Made by a program: the position numbers and the translations under genes. Below, piece by piece: positions 39,268-51,980 of a stretch of 64,000 nucleotides of DNA. Each line of letters begins with the position of its first letter. The stretch's first letter is position 1. The notes under the pieces were generated by a model. That model had not been told where the DNA came from, did not search any database, and was given only the letters and a program-made list of their open reading frames with translations. This DNA is from Octopus sinensis. Lineage: Eukaryota. The DNA is taken from assembly GCF_006345805.1 (NCBI RefSeq), contig NC_043012.1, positions 52,514,001 to 52,578,000 of the forward strand. The letters run 5' to 3'.

Positions 39268-40701
39268 ATATCTATAACTATTAACTGCGTTTCTTTTTTC
39301 TTTTCTCTTCTTCCTGGGAAGGTCAAATGATATATTGCTCCTTATTTGAATCAAACGAGATTTGAAACCAGTAAAGGTGATCTATGTTCTTCCGTTCACA
39401 AAGAGTAAGCAAAATATTTTTGTTTGCACTCCTCACAATACATCTACAGCTCTCCAATGTGTAGCGAAAAAATGTTTACCTTGCGGCACGGGACAGATAT
39501 AGCAACGAATCAATGCTGTTTTGTGTGTAATTAATTAAGTCATAACATACGTGCAGAATATATTCGAGAAAGAACATTGTATATAACAATATTTCATCAT
39601 TATCTACTACACCACTATAGTAATTTCCAAGTACGCTATACTGCTCACAGCAGTGCAGCATAATTTAAAAGTATACTATATTTTCTTACAAGTAAACGCC
39701 GCTTTTGCAAAGAAAATTACAGTGGAAGAAAACTGGAAAATAGCAGCCAAATGGCTAGTATGTTAAGAATGCGTACAATTTAAGCTTAACCTTCTTTGTC
39801 TTCAGCTTGACCTCCGATGTACTCCGTTCTTCGCCTTAGGTAACTCCATGTTGTAATTAAAGAATAGAAGCACAAAAAGAGCAAAGGGTAAGACCACCCC
39901 CTCACCAACTGGGTCAACAAGACGATACATTTAGCCAACGGCATTCTGACCATCGGCTAACCGCCGTTTGAAATGGCGCCAGCTTTGGAGAGCGAGCTAT
40001 TTCAATTTGCTACGAACTGCTATTATTGATCAGACGAAATTATACCATCCTGTATTTCAATTACTATTTATGCTCCGCGATTGCAATCTTAGTAAAGATT
40101 ATGCACTTTTTTCTCCCCTGAACTACTGTTTATCTTTCTCCATATTCTGATGGTATGACTTTCTTCACTTATTTACTGAAGATGTGGTCTATATTTGTGA
40201 TTCCCGATCGAAGACAAGGCTTAAATAATGGGGATATTTTCGGATACACAAATTTCTAGTGCGTATGTGAGTCGATGACTAGATGAGATACAGAAAAATA
40301 CAAAGAATTGAATCATTGATTATATAAATAGTTGTGACCTACTTACACGTCTTTCTAGTTGATGAGGTGAATTCACTGCCTGTGAGTCATGGATTTCTGG
40401 TAGCGGGTTAAAATATATGTGTGTGTGTGTGTGTGTATTTATGTAGGTATGTATGTATCTATGTATATCTATACGCATATGCATTATGATAGTATCACGG
40501 AAGCTAGCAGGCTCAAGGTTTGAAGTTACTGTCCTCCTCCTTGAAAATGTTTAATAAGCATGTACACTATTAAAAAGTATTGAGTATTTTTTAAGCTTAA
40601 TGTTTTTTTTTCTATATAATTTATAAAAATTAACGTTAATATTAATATATATATGTGTATGTGTGTGTGTGTAAGTATATATATATTGCACAGACACACA
40701 C

Positions 40702-40795
<94 letters not shown>

Positions 40796-41684
40796 GAAAA
40801 TGTGTTGTTGAAAATGCACCTAAATTTCAATAAATTCTAAATGTTTAAAATACATTTATTTACATATATACCAAACTAGTTTCAACAATTTTTTTTTGTT
40901 TATCAATGGTAAAAGTTTTAAATTATTAATTAGAAAAACACCTTTAAAAGTTTCAATGTTTGACAAATTAAAATATTTCAATGTTCACAAATTAAAATTT
41001 TCAAAACAGATAAATTTAGCATTATGAATTAGGAAGACAGGTGTAAGTTTCAAAATGTTCATAGCAGTCAATAATATTAAAACTGTATATCAATTTGTTT
41101 GAATGTACAAAGTTCATTAATTTTAGTGGTGGTCATCACGTCATACTGAAAAAAAGAACAAGGGAGATATGAAAATAGTATAAAAAAAAGAATTTGGTTT
41201 ACAGTTTCTCTGATCCTCTTTCCGTAGATGCTTTCGCTTGTAGTGCTATGTTTTGGGATCAGATGTATTTATAAATTTTTCTGCGAGCGAATCTGATTTT
41301 TGATCCGTTAAAATACTGGTAAGGATTTTTTTTTTATTTTCCCGTGGTCAAGCTTCTCGTTCTGCTTAGTTGGTTTCCCTGTGCAGACGGCCATAAGTCA
41401 TTCCGGTTTGTTGGTTGGTTAGTTGGTTGGTTGGTTGGTTCTCTTAAAGGGTCATTTCGTTGTATTTGCTGAAATTCGGTTTTGATTGGTCTGGAATTAG
41501 CTGACGCCAGCAACTGGTGCTTGTAAAATTTCATTGGACGAGAGATAGGTAGCGTTGGTAACTGGTATTTGTATGGTGATTTGGAGTTGCAGTTTTTTTT
41601 TTATTTTTGTTGTTCTTGGTTGGGCTTTTTTCTGTGTTGAAATTGAGTCCTTTTTTCTTTTCTTTTTGCTGCTTTTTCTTCTTT

Positions 41685-41879
41685 CTAAAGAATATTCAGC
41701 TGTAGTTTATATTTTTTAATCAGTCTGTTTTCCTTATTTAAACGGAATTGGGCTGAAATCTTTCCAGTGCATTGATAGAGAGGAAAGATTTGGTATTTAG
41801 GGTTTATGTCTACGGGACATTGGTCTAGGTGCTTGCTTACGGGAATTTTCCTAGTGGTGGGGTCCCGTATTTGTTGCCT
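41685..41879 (-). pseudogene. Penelope-like element GIY-YIG endonuclease C-terminal fragment
   Basis: Open 65-codon frame RQQIRDPTTRKIPVSKHLDQC..IFPLY..RLNKENRLIKKYKLQLN matches the PLE terminal R..KE..I.K..P.LN pattern. Confidence 0.75.
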
Positions 41880-41887
41880 GTATACCG

Positions 41888-42010
<123 letters not shown>

Positions 42011-42200
42011 AGTACAATAGTTTTCTTTTCCAGCGATGAGCACCGTAAAGGTTGAATTATAAATAGGAAATAGTGCCACAACAAGGTACCAATGTTTGCT
42101 GAAAATAGCAGTCGGTAACTGTATAGAGGCAAACGTGTGTGGGCGACGAACATAAACAACTTTCGTCTTACCTCTAGGAAGAACACCAGAGAAAATGGAC

Positions 42201-42364
42201 AGGCGCAGGAGTGGCTGTGTGGTAAGTAGCTTGCTAACCAACCACATGGTTCCGGGTTCAGTCCCACTGCGTGGCATCTTGTGCAAGTGTCTTCTGCTAT
42301 AGCCTCGGGCCGACCAATGCCTTGTGAGTGGATTTGGTAGACGGAAACTGAAAGAAGCCTGTCG

Positions 42365-42437
<73 letters not shown>

Positions 42438-42645
42438 TGTGTCTGTGTTTGTCCCCCTAGCATTGCTTGACAACCGATGCTGGTGTGTTTACGTACCCGT
42501 CACTTAGCGGTTCGACAAAAGAGACCGATAGAATAAGTACTGGGCTTACAAAGAATAAGTCCCGGGGTCGATTTGCGCGACTAAAGGCGGTGCTCCAGCA
42601 TGGCCGCAGTCAAATGACTGAAACAAGTAAGAAAGTAAGAGAGAG
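42201..42645 (+). mobile_element. SINE-B full-length copy
   Basis: AGGCGCAGGAGTGGCTGTGTGGTAAG head, GGTTCAGTCCC B-box-like, internal (TA)n(TG)n, tail AAACAAGTAAG. Confidence 0.92.
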
Positions 42646-42793
42646 TAACCTAGTATTCGAGTTTCGAACTTTCCAGAATATATTTGTTATCGTAAATCTT
42701 TCACTAATCTCGGTTCTGTTAATCGCTTCGGCTATCGGCTGGGTGTACAGGGGTTGATGTAGGGAATGTTTAAAATTTTGTTTTAGATAAACA

Positions 42794-42861
42794 TAGCTGA
42801 CGAAAACTGAGCAGCTTTACGATAACGAATATATTCTGTAAATTTCGAAACTCGAGTACTA
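42794..42861 (+). ncRNA. Degenerate type-I hammerhead motif
   Basis: UAG/CUA helix I; CUGACGA at 42797-42803; G10.1 absent; GAAA at 42847-42850; palindromic helix III ACUCGAGU; GUA triplet. Confidence 0.55.
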
Positions 42862-43036
42862 GGTTATCCATTTTCTCTTCCGTTCTTCCTAGAGGTAAGA
42901 CAAAAAATTTAATGTTCGCCACCCGCACACATCTTTGCCTCTATTCAGTGAGGCTTTAGATAGTGTCGTATGGTTATCGACTGCTATTTCCAGCAAACAT
43001 TGATACCTTGTTGTGCCACTATTTCCTATTGACATA

Positions 43037-43119
<83 letters not shown>

Positions 43120-43467
43120 GGGAATAATTTTTAAAAGATATCTAAAAGATCATTTTATTTAACAGGATGTCACTAATTTTTATGGAAGAAGTTTGTGAAT
43201 CCAGTTAATTTTATGTCTGGTCAGTATTTTGTGCATAAACGCCTTCGTTGTTATAGTTTTCAAGACAGGCGATTTCGCCTAATGCATATAGTGGAAGTTG
43301 ATTTTTTTTGTTTGTTTGTTTTCGTAATTCCGTTAATTGGTATTGTTTCGGATTAGTAATTTTTATAAACTATTCTTCGTTTGTCTTTCGTAAATTATCA
43401 TTTTCATCTTTTATTTTGTAAAAGAGGAATATTTTAAACTGTTGGGTATTTTAAATGTTGACTATAT

Positions 43468-43738
43468 CCAGTTTAGCTTCGGAGTTAGAACTCTTAAAAG
43501 TATTGTTCTTTTGCCGTTCGAAGCTGTTCATTTTAATTTTTAATTTATGAAAGGGGAATATTTTAGGTTTTCCATGAACATAAAAGTCTAGATGTCTGCG
43601 ATATGGAACAAATTTTGGAGATGAATCTTAAGTTGGTTGTACGTTCACACGACTGGTTATTTTTCCCTCTGTTTCCCCAAGGTGATTCTCATTGCATTGT
43701 AGGCATGTAATGGAGTAGATGAAATCTTTTGATTTGCA
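43468..43738 (-). pseudogene. Second Penelope-like GIY-YIG endonuclease fragment
   Basis: CKSKDFIYSITCLQCNENHLGET..SRVNV; then frameshifted HLD, KIFPFHKL, RTAKEQYF, PKLN. Confidence 0.78.
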
Positions 43739-44588
43739 TTAAGACCCTCAGGATGCTAGGTGGTTGTGTTGAACCGGTCGACGAATTATATCTACAAAGA
43801 TCAATCACTAAAATTATTGTGTATTACCTAGATTACAAGTGATTCGCGCCAATTCCAAATTTAAGCCAAGACAGATTTAATTCGATTATGAAACTGAAAA
43901 CCAAAGTTTAAAAAAAAAGCTGAACCTAAGCAATGAACTTATGATTATAGGCCAAACCACTCTAACCACTAGGATACGTGCCTTCACAATAGGGAGTTAG
44001 TGACGTCAAGAAACAGAAAGCAGTATGGACGTCACTGCAAATATGATAATGTCAACGAAATAGGATCCAGAAATTCAGATACAGAACACTTTGCATTTCA
44101 TGACACACAAAGACCTCTTCTCATTTTACTACTATATTCAGCATATTCTTGCCTCTGCGGACCACACGTTGTCTCTCCGGATTCTTGTCTTTATTTAATT
44201 AAATATGATTCGTGGCTAATATGATGGAATTAAGACTCACGAAATACTACACAAGAATTCGTTATTGAAAAAATATCTTATTACTACATATCAGACTAAG
44301 ATATGGTTTATGTTACAGCAATTTTGAGGTGTGTGTTTATGTGTATGTGTGTGTGTTTATTTATTTTTTCGTTTTAAAGAAAATAGTACCAAATAAGTAT
44401 GCAGCTTCAAATATTTAAATTCTTATTGGACGAAACGAAACTAAGGCAAAACATTTAAGTTTTTTTTTATTTTTTATATAATTTGCTCAAGGAGTCTGAA
44501 ATTTATCCATCTGCACACACAATCGTGTGGGTACACACATCCCGCATAGACACACAGGCATAGAGGAACATACAAATACATACATACA

Positions 44589-44624
<36 letters not shown>

Positions 44625-45418
44625 TATATGTATATTCTATCTTCAGTCTTTCATTTGCCATGTATATATATATATATATATTCCTACTACTGCTATTACG
44701 GCCGACCATCACTTTCACTATTACAGCTAACGATTCTAGTCAACGCAAAAGACAGCCATTATGCTCCCCCACACAAAACACCACCACTTTTTTTATTACA
44801 CTTAACTTTTAAAAATAGTCTTGATGAGGTTCGTTCTTTCAAGAAGAACCGAAACTTGTAAAATCTCTCAGAAAATTAAAATTTATCTTATATAGTGGCG
44901 TTTTCAAAATTCTTTTATATATATATATATATACATACATATTGGGAAAAAGTCTTCTTTAAGCATTTATTAAATATTCGAACACCTCCTGATTTTATAC
45001 TATTTTAAATATTTTTGTTTTTAATAATTCTTTATTTATTCCTCTGAGTTACTTGCAAATTGTTGATTTGCCTATGATAGGGTGAAGAACTGGAAACCTT
45101 TATGATAAATGCGAGAATTTGATGTTCACCACCCAATGTAAAGACTTTATATAACTATATGAAAAAATAAAAATAGGATAAATCTAGAATACATGAAGGG
45201 GCTGAATACAACACATGCGAGCACTCATACACATGACATATTTATAATGAGAGAAAGAGTGAGAGACGAACAGAGAGAGGGAAGAACGTTGATAAGTTGG
45301 TGGTAAAGGTCCAACCTCGGGGAAAGTGTATGCGAATAAGTAACGTGTGAGCGAGTACGTGTATGAACGTGTGTGTGTGTGTGTGTTCGTGTGTGTGTGT
45401 GTATGTGTGTTTGTGTGC

Positions 45419-45456
<38 letters not shown>

Positions 45457-45506
45457 TATTGCCATTTGTAACACCCGCACTTAACAGATATAACAGAGCA
45501 AAGAAA

Positions 45507-45954
45507 GGATATTTTCGGTTTGGACGGCAGTTTTTAACATAATTTCTAGGTAACTAAAAAATTTTTAACTTCGCTTACTGGCAGAATGTGTTTATAAAAC
45601 ATCATTTTCTCTTGGCTTTATTGAGAAAATTGTATAGTTTGTAAGATATTTGTTGTTTTTTTTCTTCAATTTCTGCCATTTCAACCAATCAGTGACGCCT
45701 ATTGAGCTAAAAACTTTCTGTGCCTTATGAATATGTCCCTCGTTTAAGAAACAAATTGGGTTTGTTTACATTTGTTAAGAAAAGAAGATACCCTTCCCCC
45801 CACTCCTAACCCTAACCCTAACTCTAACTAACCCTAACTAACCCTAACTTTAAAACAGATTGAAATGCAATAGATCAATACTAGGGTCATAATTATGGGT
45901 GACAATTTCATATGACACCGCTAGAAAAAACTGCCGCTCAAACCGAAAAGATCC
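45507..45954. mobile_element. MITE, same family as 2284-2712, opposite orientation
   Basis: Same 23-bp TIRs; (CCCTAA)n-like tract at about 45805-45848; flanks caaagaaa/gaaagaaa (7/8). Confidence 0.88.
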
Positions 45955-46199
45955 GAAAGAAATCATCGAAAGTCAAGGAAAAGAAGAATAAACGTGGGTC
46001 ACTGAGAAAATATAAACTGATTCCAAAGTTTTCTTCTCATTCACTGAAAAATACATAAGATCGTTGTCAGGTTTGTTGGATTTCTGATAAAGGAAAATGA
46101 CACTCTACATTGCGGTGCAAAGGACATCGCAGACATTCTGCAGAAGTATACTTCTCCACTTTTAACAATCCCTGACACAAAATCCCAGTATACCCTATC

Positions 46200-46345
46200 C
46201 AATATTTAATTTTTCGTCCAAGAAATCATAGCAGCTATTAGCAGCATTACAAACAACTCAACTGCAAGGCTCGACAAGTTCCCCGCTGGAGTCCTGAAGG
46301 GTTGCCGACATCAACTAGTTATTCTTGGAGGAAATTACCGGAGGC
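46200..46345 (+). pseudogene. CR1-like LINE, region just upstream of the RT core
   Basis: QEIIAAISSITNNSTARLDKFPAGVLKGC resembles the SA.GPD.F motif. Interrupted by (CT)n and a SINE-B. Confidence 0.65.
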
Positions 46346-46349
46346 TGGC

Positions 46350-46351
46350 TC

Positions 46352-46423
<72 letters not shown>

Positions 46424-46818
46424 TTGTTTCAGTCATTTGACTGCGGCCATGCTGGAGCACCGCCTTTAATCGAGCAACTCGACCCCAGAACTTATTCTTT
46501 GTAAGCCTAGTACTTATTCTATCGGCCTCTTTTGCCGAACCGCTAAGTTACGGGGGCGTAAACACACCCAGCATCGGTTGTCAAGCGATGTTGCGGGGGG
46601 ACAAACACAGGCGCACAAACATAGACACACATACATACACATATATATACATATAGACGACGGGCTTCTTTCAGTTTCCGTCTACCAAATCTACTTACAA
46701 GGCTTTGGTCGGCCCGAGGCGATAGCAGAAGACACTTGCCCAAGCGGCCACGCAGTGGGACTGAACTCGGAACCATGTGGTTGGTAAACAAGCTACTTAC
46801 CACACAGCCACTCCTGCG
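46350..46818 (-). mobile_element. SINE-B copy whose tail has expanded into (AG)n
   Basis: SINE body 46420-46818; (CT)n at 46350-46420. Confidence 0.9.
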
Positions 46819-46849
46819 TTCTCCATATCCTATACTTATCTTTTCCAGT

Positions 46850-47400
46850 AGATTGTCCAAGTTTTCAAAGAGGGCAACACTTCGCTCGCAGTTAATAACC
46901 GGCCGATCTCACTCACCTTTCATATCATCAAATTATTTGAGAGGGTGTTGAGATCTCGAGTAACTCACTTTCTCAAAAGTAACAGCTTATTTTTTTCCAA
47001 TCAACCTGGTTTCAGCAATTGCCGGGACAGCCTAGCACAGCTTCTGCATCACTTTGATGACATATCAACGGCTCTGCCAGAGGAATCCAATGCAGACATC
47101 ATCTATCTTGACTTCAGCAATGTCTTCGACAAGGCTGACCACAGTATCCTATTAAAGAGAGTATACAAAATTGCAGTCCGAGGGACACTATTAAAGTGGA
47201 CTGAATGTTTATTCTGGTGAACAGAACCAAGTATGTGGTGATAGATTGTGTCCTATCAACCTCGGCAAGGGTTATCAAGGGAGGCCCACCTCTCTACAGT
47301 ATTTACATCAGTGACATCATTGATGTCATCAAACGCAGCAGTATTAGAAACTTCGTGGATGATTCTAGACTTCTGAAAGTTTCAATATGGCAGAAGACGG
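46850..47400 (+). pseudogene. CR1-like LINE reverse transcriptase fragment
   Basis: RPISLT..KLFERV; NQPGF; DIIYLDFSNVFDKADH; GPPLYSIYISD; FVDDSRL. Frameshifts, and the PQG motif is lost. Confidence 0.88.
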
Positions 47401-48156
47401 ACTAATCGAAAAGAAAACACACTATACAGCTAAGCTAAGGTAGATTTAAATTAATCCACTACGGTAAGATGGCTGCGCTTATGCTACCATATACATACCG
47501 AAGTCCCTAGTGTTAGCTGTTTTATACTACGAGGTGGCCGCTCGAGCTTGATCGAACACCATCTCTGTTATATGGCTCAGATATGTGCATCTAAATTTAT
47601 TGGGGCAGGAATATATTCATTTTTGGCTGTGTCTCTATGGGCAGACCTGAAGGCATGTAGAAAGGCTGTGCAGAAAAGGCACTGGATAAACGTGCTTATA
47701 TTCTAAATTTACTTTTGAAATTTCAAAATTAATTAAAAGTGATTTTTCATAAAATCAAATTTATATTAATGGGATGTAGGTAATTTTAACTTGTGTGTAT
47801 CTGATATGCTTTTATAATTACTGTTGTATTGAATAACTATTGATAGATCTAGATTAGCAGCAGTCAGTGCTACTCGTATTATCACCAACTCAAAATCTAC
47901 GTTACTTAAGGTGAGCCTGGTAACTGATGGTTTTGGAGTTTTGTTGTTTGTAACATTAGGTGAGTCATGGTGCAACCAACAAGATGGTAAAAATCCCTGC
48001 CACTAATTTAGGTAATATCAAATAATCCAATCACAACATATATTTAAATTAAACATGAAAAAAACTTGAAATATTATCATTACTTACATGGTAAAATTAA
48101 AATATTATCGTTCAGTATTTTATAAGTTAAATCTTATATTATTAATTGACACATTA

Positions 48157-48557
48157 CTCTTTTTTTTTACTTGTTTCATTCATTTGACTGCGGCCATGCT
48201 GGAGCACCGCCTTTAGTCGAGCAAATCGACGCCGGGACTTATTCTTTGTAAGCCCAGTACTTATTCTATCGGTCTCTTTTGCCGAACCGCTAAGTAACGG
48301 GGACATAAACACACCAGCATCGGTTGTCAAGCAATGCTAGGGGGACAAACACAGGTACACAAACACACACACATACACATATATGCATATATATATACAT
48401 ATATACGACAGGCTTCTTTCAGTTTCCGTCTACCAAATCCACTCACAAGGCATTGGTCGGCTCGGGGCTATAGCAGAAGACACTTGCCCAAGATGCCACA
48501 CAGTGGGACTGAACCCGGAACCATGTGGTTGGTTACCACACAGCTACTCCTGCGCCT
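48157..48557 (-). mobile_element. SINE-B copy
   Basis: Collinear with the other copies. Confidence 0.9.
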
Positions 48558-48608
48558 ATTAATTATTAATTATCTTATAATAGCACTGCCTGGAAAAATC
48601 ATGGACTC

Positions 48609-49123
48609 CATAGAAAATTGCGAGTATGAAAAGTAATATTCTTAAGATTATAAACCTGGAAAAGTATAGGACAAGTTATTTCACTTGGAAAAGTATAGGA
48701 CAAGCTATTACTTCTACTAAAGTGAAGAATAAAAAACTTTTACTTAAACTATTGCAACTAAAATTAAAATTTGAATATTAAAAATTATTTTATTATGTTA
48801 TAGTTTACAAATAACACTACGTATTTAAATAGAATTTGGCTAATTTACTACCTTAAATGCAGAAAAAAGTGACTAATTAGACAAACTTACAAATTAGCTG
48901 AACAGTTTTGTACAATAAATTAAAAAGATGAGAACTGTAAAGAGTGATGAATTAGAAGAACTGGCATTCTTTGCTACAATATTTAAAGTAAAAAGTTTCT
49001 TATTCCTAACTTTACTAGAAGTAATAGCTTGTCCTGTACTTTTACTGGTGTAATAACTTATCCTGTACTTCTCCAGGTTTATAATCTTAAGAATATTACT
49101 TTTCATGCTCGCATTTTTCCATG
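48609..49123. mobile_element. Foldback/MITE-like element with TIRs of about 150 bp and subterminal repeats
   Basis: 48609 to about 48770 is the reverse complement of about 48978-49123; GGAAAAGTATAGGACAAG occurs twice per arm; no clear TSD. Confidence 0.75.
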
Positions 49124-49844
49124 TAATATATGTATGTGTGTATGTATGTATGTATGTACGTATGTATACGATAGAAGCAGTATCAATACAAAAGACGATC
49201 TTTACATCCAACTTAACAACGATTTGTTAGTAAACTGAATACTGTGTCCTTACCTTGACACGATCTTTCATGTGGAAGCATGATGTATAAAATCACTCAC
49301 ATTTATATCGTTGGCAGACGAGAATCATTAGCTACGGGTGTCGAAACAACCAGTTCACGTTATTTCTACCTTTCTCCGTCTCGTCAGTGGCAGACATGTT
49401 GTATGCTACATAACAGCCGAATTTTTCTCTCAACTATATATAGAATTTCAGTGCTGTCGCAAGTAGGCAAGCAGGCTTATTAAACAATAATAGCGACAGA
49501 AGCAGTTAATACTGCTTCTGTGGTATTGATATACCTCATCGCAGAAGATGAACAAATGTTCAAAAAACAGTGATACAAAATACACGCACATACATATACG
49601 CATACATATTAAACATATATACATACATACAGCCAAGCATATTCACAGACAAATAAAGAGAGAGTGAGAAAGAAAGAGAGATTTTAAAAAGTGAAGAGAT
49701 ATGGAAAAGGAAATATAGAGTTCTATGCCTATTATAAGCATCATGCAGTATGTTTAAAGAGGTTTGATATGGTGTTTAATAAGATTATTAATGCGGGTTC
49801 TGAACCTCTGTTTACAATGATTTATCTTCATTAGAAGTGAGCAA

Positions 49845-50642
49845 TCTTATTTCTTTATTGTTCACAAGGGGCTAAAGACAGAAGGGACAAATAAGGACAG
49901 ACAAAGGGATGAAGTCGATTATATCGACCCCAGTGCGTAACTGGTACTTAATTTATCGACCCCGAAAGGATGAAAGGCAAAGTCGACCTCGGCGGAATTT
50001 GAACCCAGAACGTCACGACAGACGAAATACCTATTTCTATTTCTTTACAACCCACAAGGGGCTAAACACAGAGAGAACAAACAAGGACAGACAAAGGGAT
50101 TAAGTCGATTATATCGACCCCAGTGCGTAACTGGTACTTAATTTATCGACCCCGAAAGGATGAAAGGCAAAGTCGACCTCGGCGGAATTTGAACCCAGAA
50201 GGTAACGACAGACGAAATACCTATTTCTATTTCTTTACAACCCACAAGGGGCTAAACACAGAGAGGACAAACAAGGACAGACAAAGGGATTAAGTCGATT
50301 ATATCGACCCCAGTGCGTAACTGGTACTTAATTTATCGACCCCGAAAGGATGAAAGGCAAAGTCGACCTCGGCGGAATTTGAACTCAGAACGTAGCGGCA
50401 TACGAGACACCTATTTCTTTACTACCCACAAGGGGTTAAACACAGAAGGGACAAACAAGGACAGACCTAGGGATTAAGTCGATTACATCGTCCCCAGTGC
50501 ATCACTAGTACTTAATTTATCAACCCAGAAAGGATGAAAGGTAAAGTGGACCTCGGCTGAATTTGAACTCAGAACGCAACGGCGGACGAAATACCACAAA
50601 GCATTTCGCCCGGCGTGCTAACGTTTCTGCCAGCTCGCCGCC
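49845..50642 (-). mobile_element. SINE-A tetramer with a 12-bp TSD
   Basis: Periods 190, 190, 184 bp; GTGAGCAATCTT at 49837-49848 and 50649-50660. Confidence 0.92.
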
Positions 50643-51499
50643 TTCTATGTGAGCAATCTTGTAGCTTTGTTACTCATCAGTATTTTATACTGTTTTCTCA
50701 TAGCATAAAACTGTTTCGTCTATTTTAAAAATCTTCGTAGCAGTGAATGCTTATATTAAATCCGAATTATATTGAAGTCAAGATCTTAATCCCATCAATT
50801 AATCCCCGCCCCAGTTTCTCGTAACCGTTTGTTTATACAGTGGGATTAAAGTTCTTATACAATATAAGAAGAATTGGTTTTCTTTTCAGCTGTAACAAAA
50901 CCGCTTTTTGTTATGTAATCTAAACTTCCATCTTTTTTGCCTACGAAGCTAGGATAAAATGTCATTATTTTTACAGTCGTATAAATTAAAAGACATAATA
51001 ATCAGAGAGAGGCTCTTGTGAGGATTGAAATACAATGAAAGAAAAAGACCTAGCGGATGTTATTCTGGACAATGACACGTATAAAAATTCATTGGTTAGT
51101 GCACGCCTGTCATGGAGCGAAGAGTCGAGAGACCGGTGAAATTGCTTGTCATAGTGACGAATCTTTGCTCAAATCGAGATTAGTGTTTCATATATTTTAT
51201 TTTTTCCTTGTATGTTTCAGTTATCTTGACAGATGATCAAGCGTTCACACAGAATAATGCACAGAGTTAGACCAAAACACTTGAAATAATAGTGACAGAC
51301 GAGACAAGTAAAATATATGAAGACACCTAAAGAACAGCGAGATGAGAGAGAAGAAGACATCAAAAATGTTATGAGACACAAGGAAGGATGGAGAGAGGGG
51401 GAAAGAGAGAGAGAGAGGGGGAGGAAGGAGTGAAACACTGGAAATCAAAGATAGAGAAGAGTAGACGTTGAGAGAAAAAGACAGAGGGGGAGAAAAATA

Positions 51500-51532
51500 T
51501 TTTGTGCATGTGTGTGCCTGTGTGTGTATGTC

Positions 51533-51582
<50 letters not shown>

Positions 51583-51881
51583 TTATTTGTGTGTGTGTGC
51601 TTTATTTGTGTGTGTGTGTGTACAATAGAAACAGAAATAATGTTTTGAAGAAATGGCTTCAGAAGAGCTGAAAAATAAACAAAAGACAAATAGTAGCAAG
51701 GTTAACAGAGTTTTGTTTTGAAAAGCACACACATGTACATACATACATGTGTGTGTGCGTATGTGTGTCTGTGTGCGTGCGTGTGTGTATTTGTATATAT
51801 ATATATATATATGTGTGCGTGTGTGCCTGTGCGTGTGTATACATATGTAATATAACTATTTCTACGTAACTATAGTAACTG

Positions 51882-51924
<43 letters not shown>

Positions 51925-51980
51925 TATATATAATTAGTAAATATACACCTATACACCAGGCATACACACATACACACACA
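51500..51980. repeat. (TG)n/(TA)n compound microsatellite
   Basis: Direct reading. Confidence 0.85.

Larger units (their letters stand above)
42062..43030. mobile_element. Long inverted repeat (arms about 190 bp) with a SINE-B inserted in the left arm
   Basis: Left arm 42062-42199 plus 42646-42696; right arm 42816-43030 (carries an extra internal insertion). Confidence 0.85.

Noticed and set aside
39797-39846. Possible 34-nt micro-exon (CTTCTTTGTCTTCAG...TTAG|GTAACT)
   Set aside because: Splice-like signals alone occur by chance in 64 kb; no recognisable peptide or partner exons. RNA-seq would be needed.
40168-40228. Hammerhead-like motif with a 7-bp helix I (TTATTTA-CTGAAGA...GATC-GAAG...TAAATAA)
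   Set aside because: GAAG instead of GAAA, no valid helix III or UH triplet, and three extra bases before helix II; at best a heavily decayed relic.
47766-47975. Non-repetitive ORF and two AG|GTGAG donor-like sites; similar case at 52385-52588
   Set aside because: No recognisable protein motif and no good acceptor.
49845-50642. Regularly spaced repeats considered as a CRISPR-like array (also 61893-62380)
   Set aside because: Whole units repeat with no unique spacers; eukaryotic SINE or satellite context.
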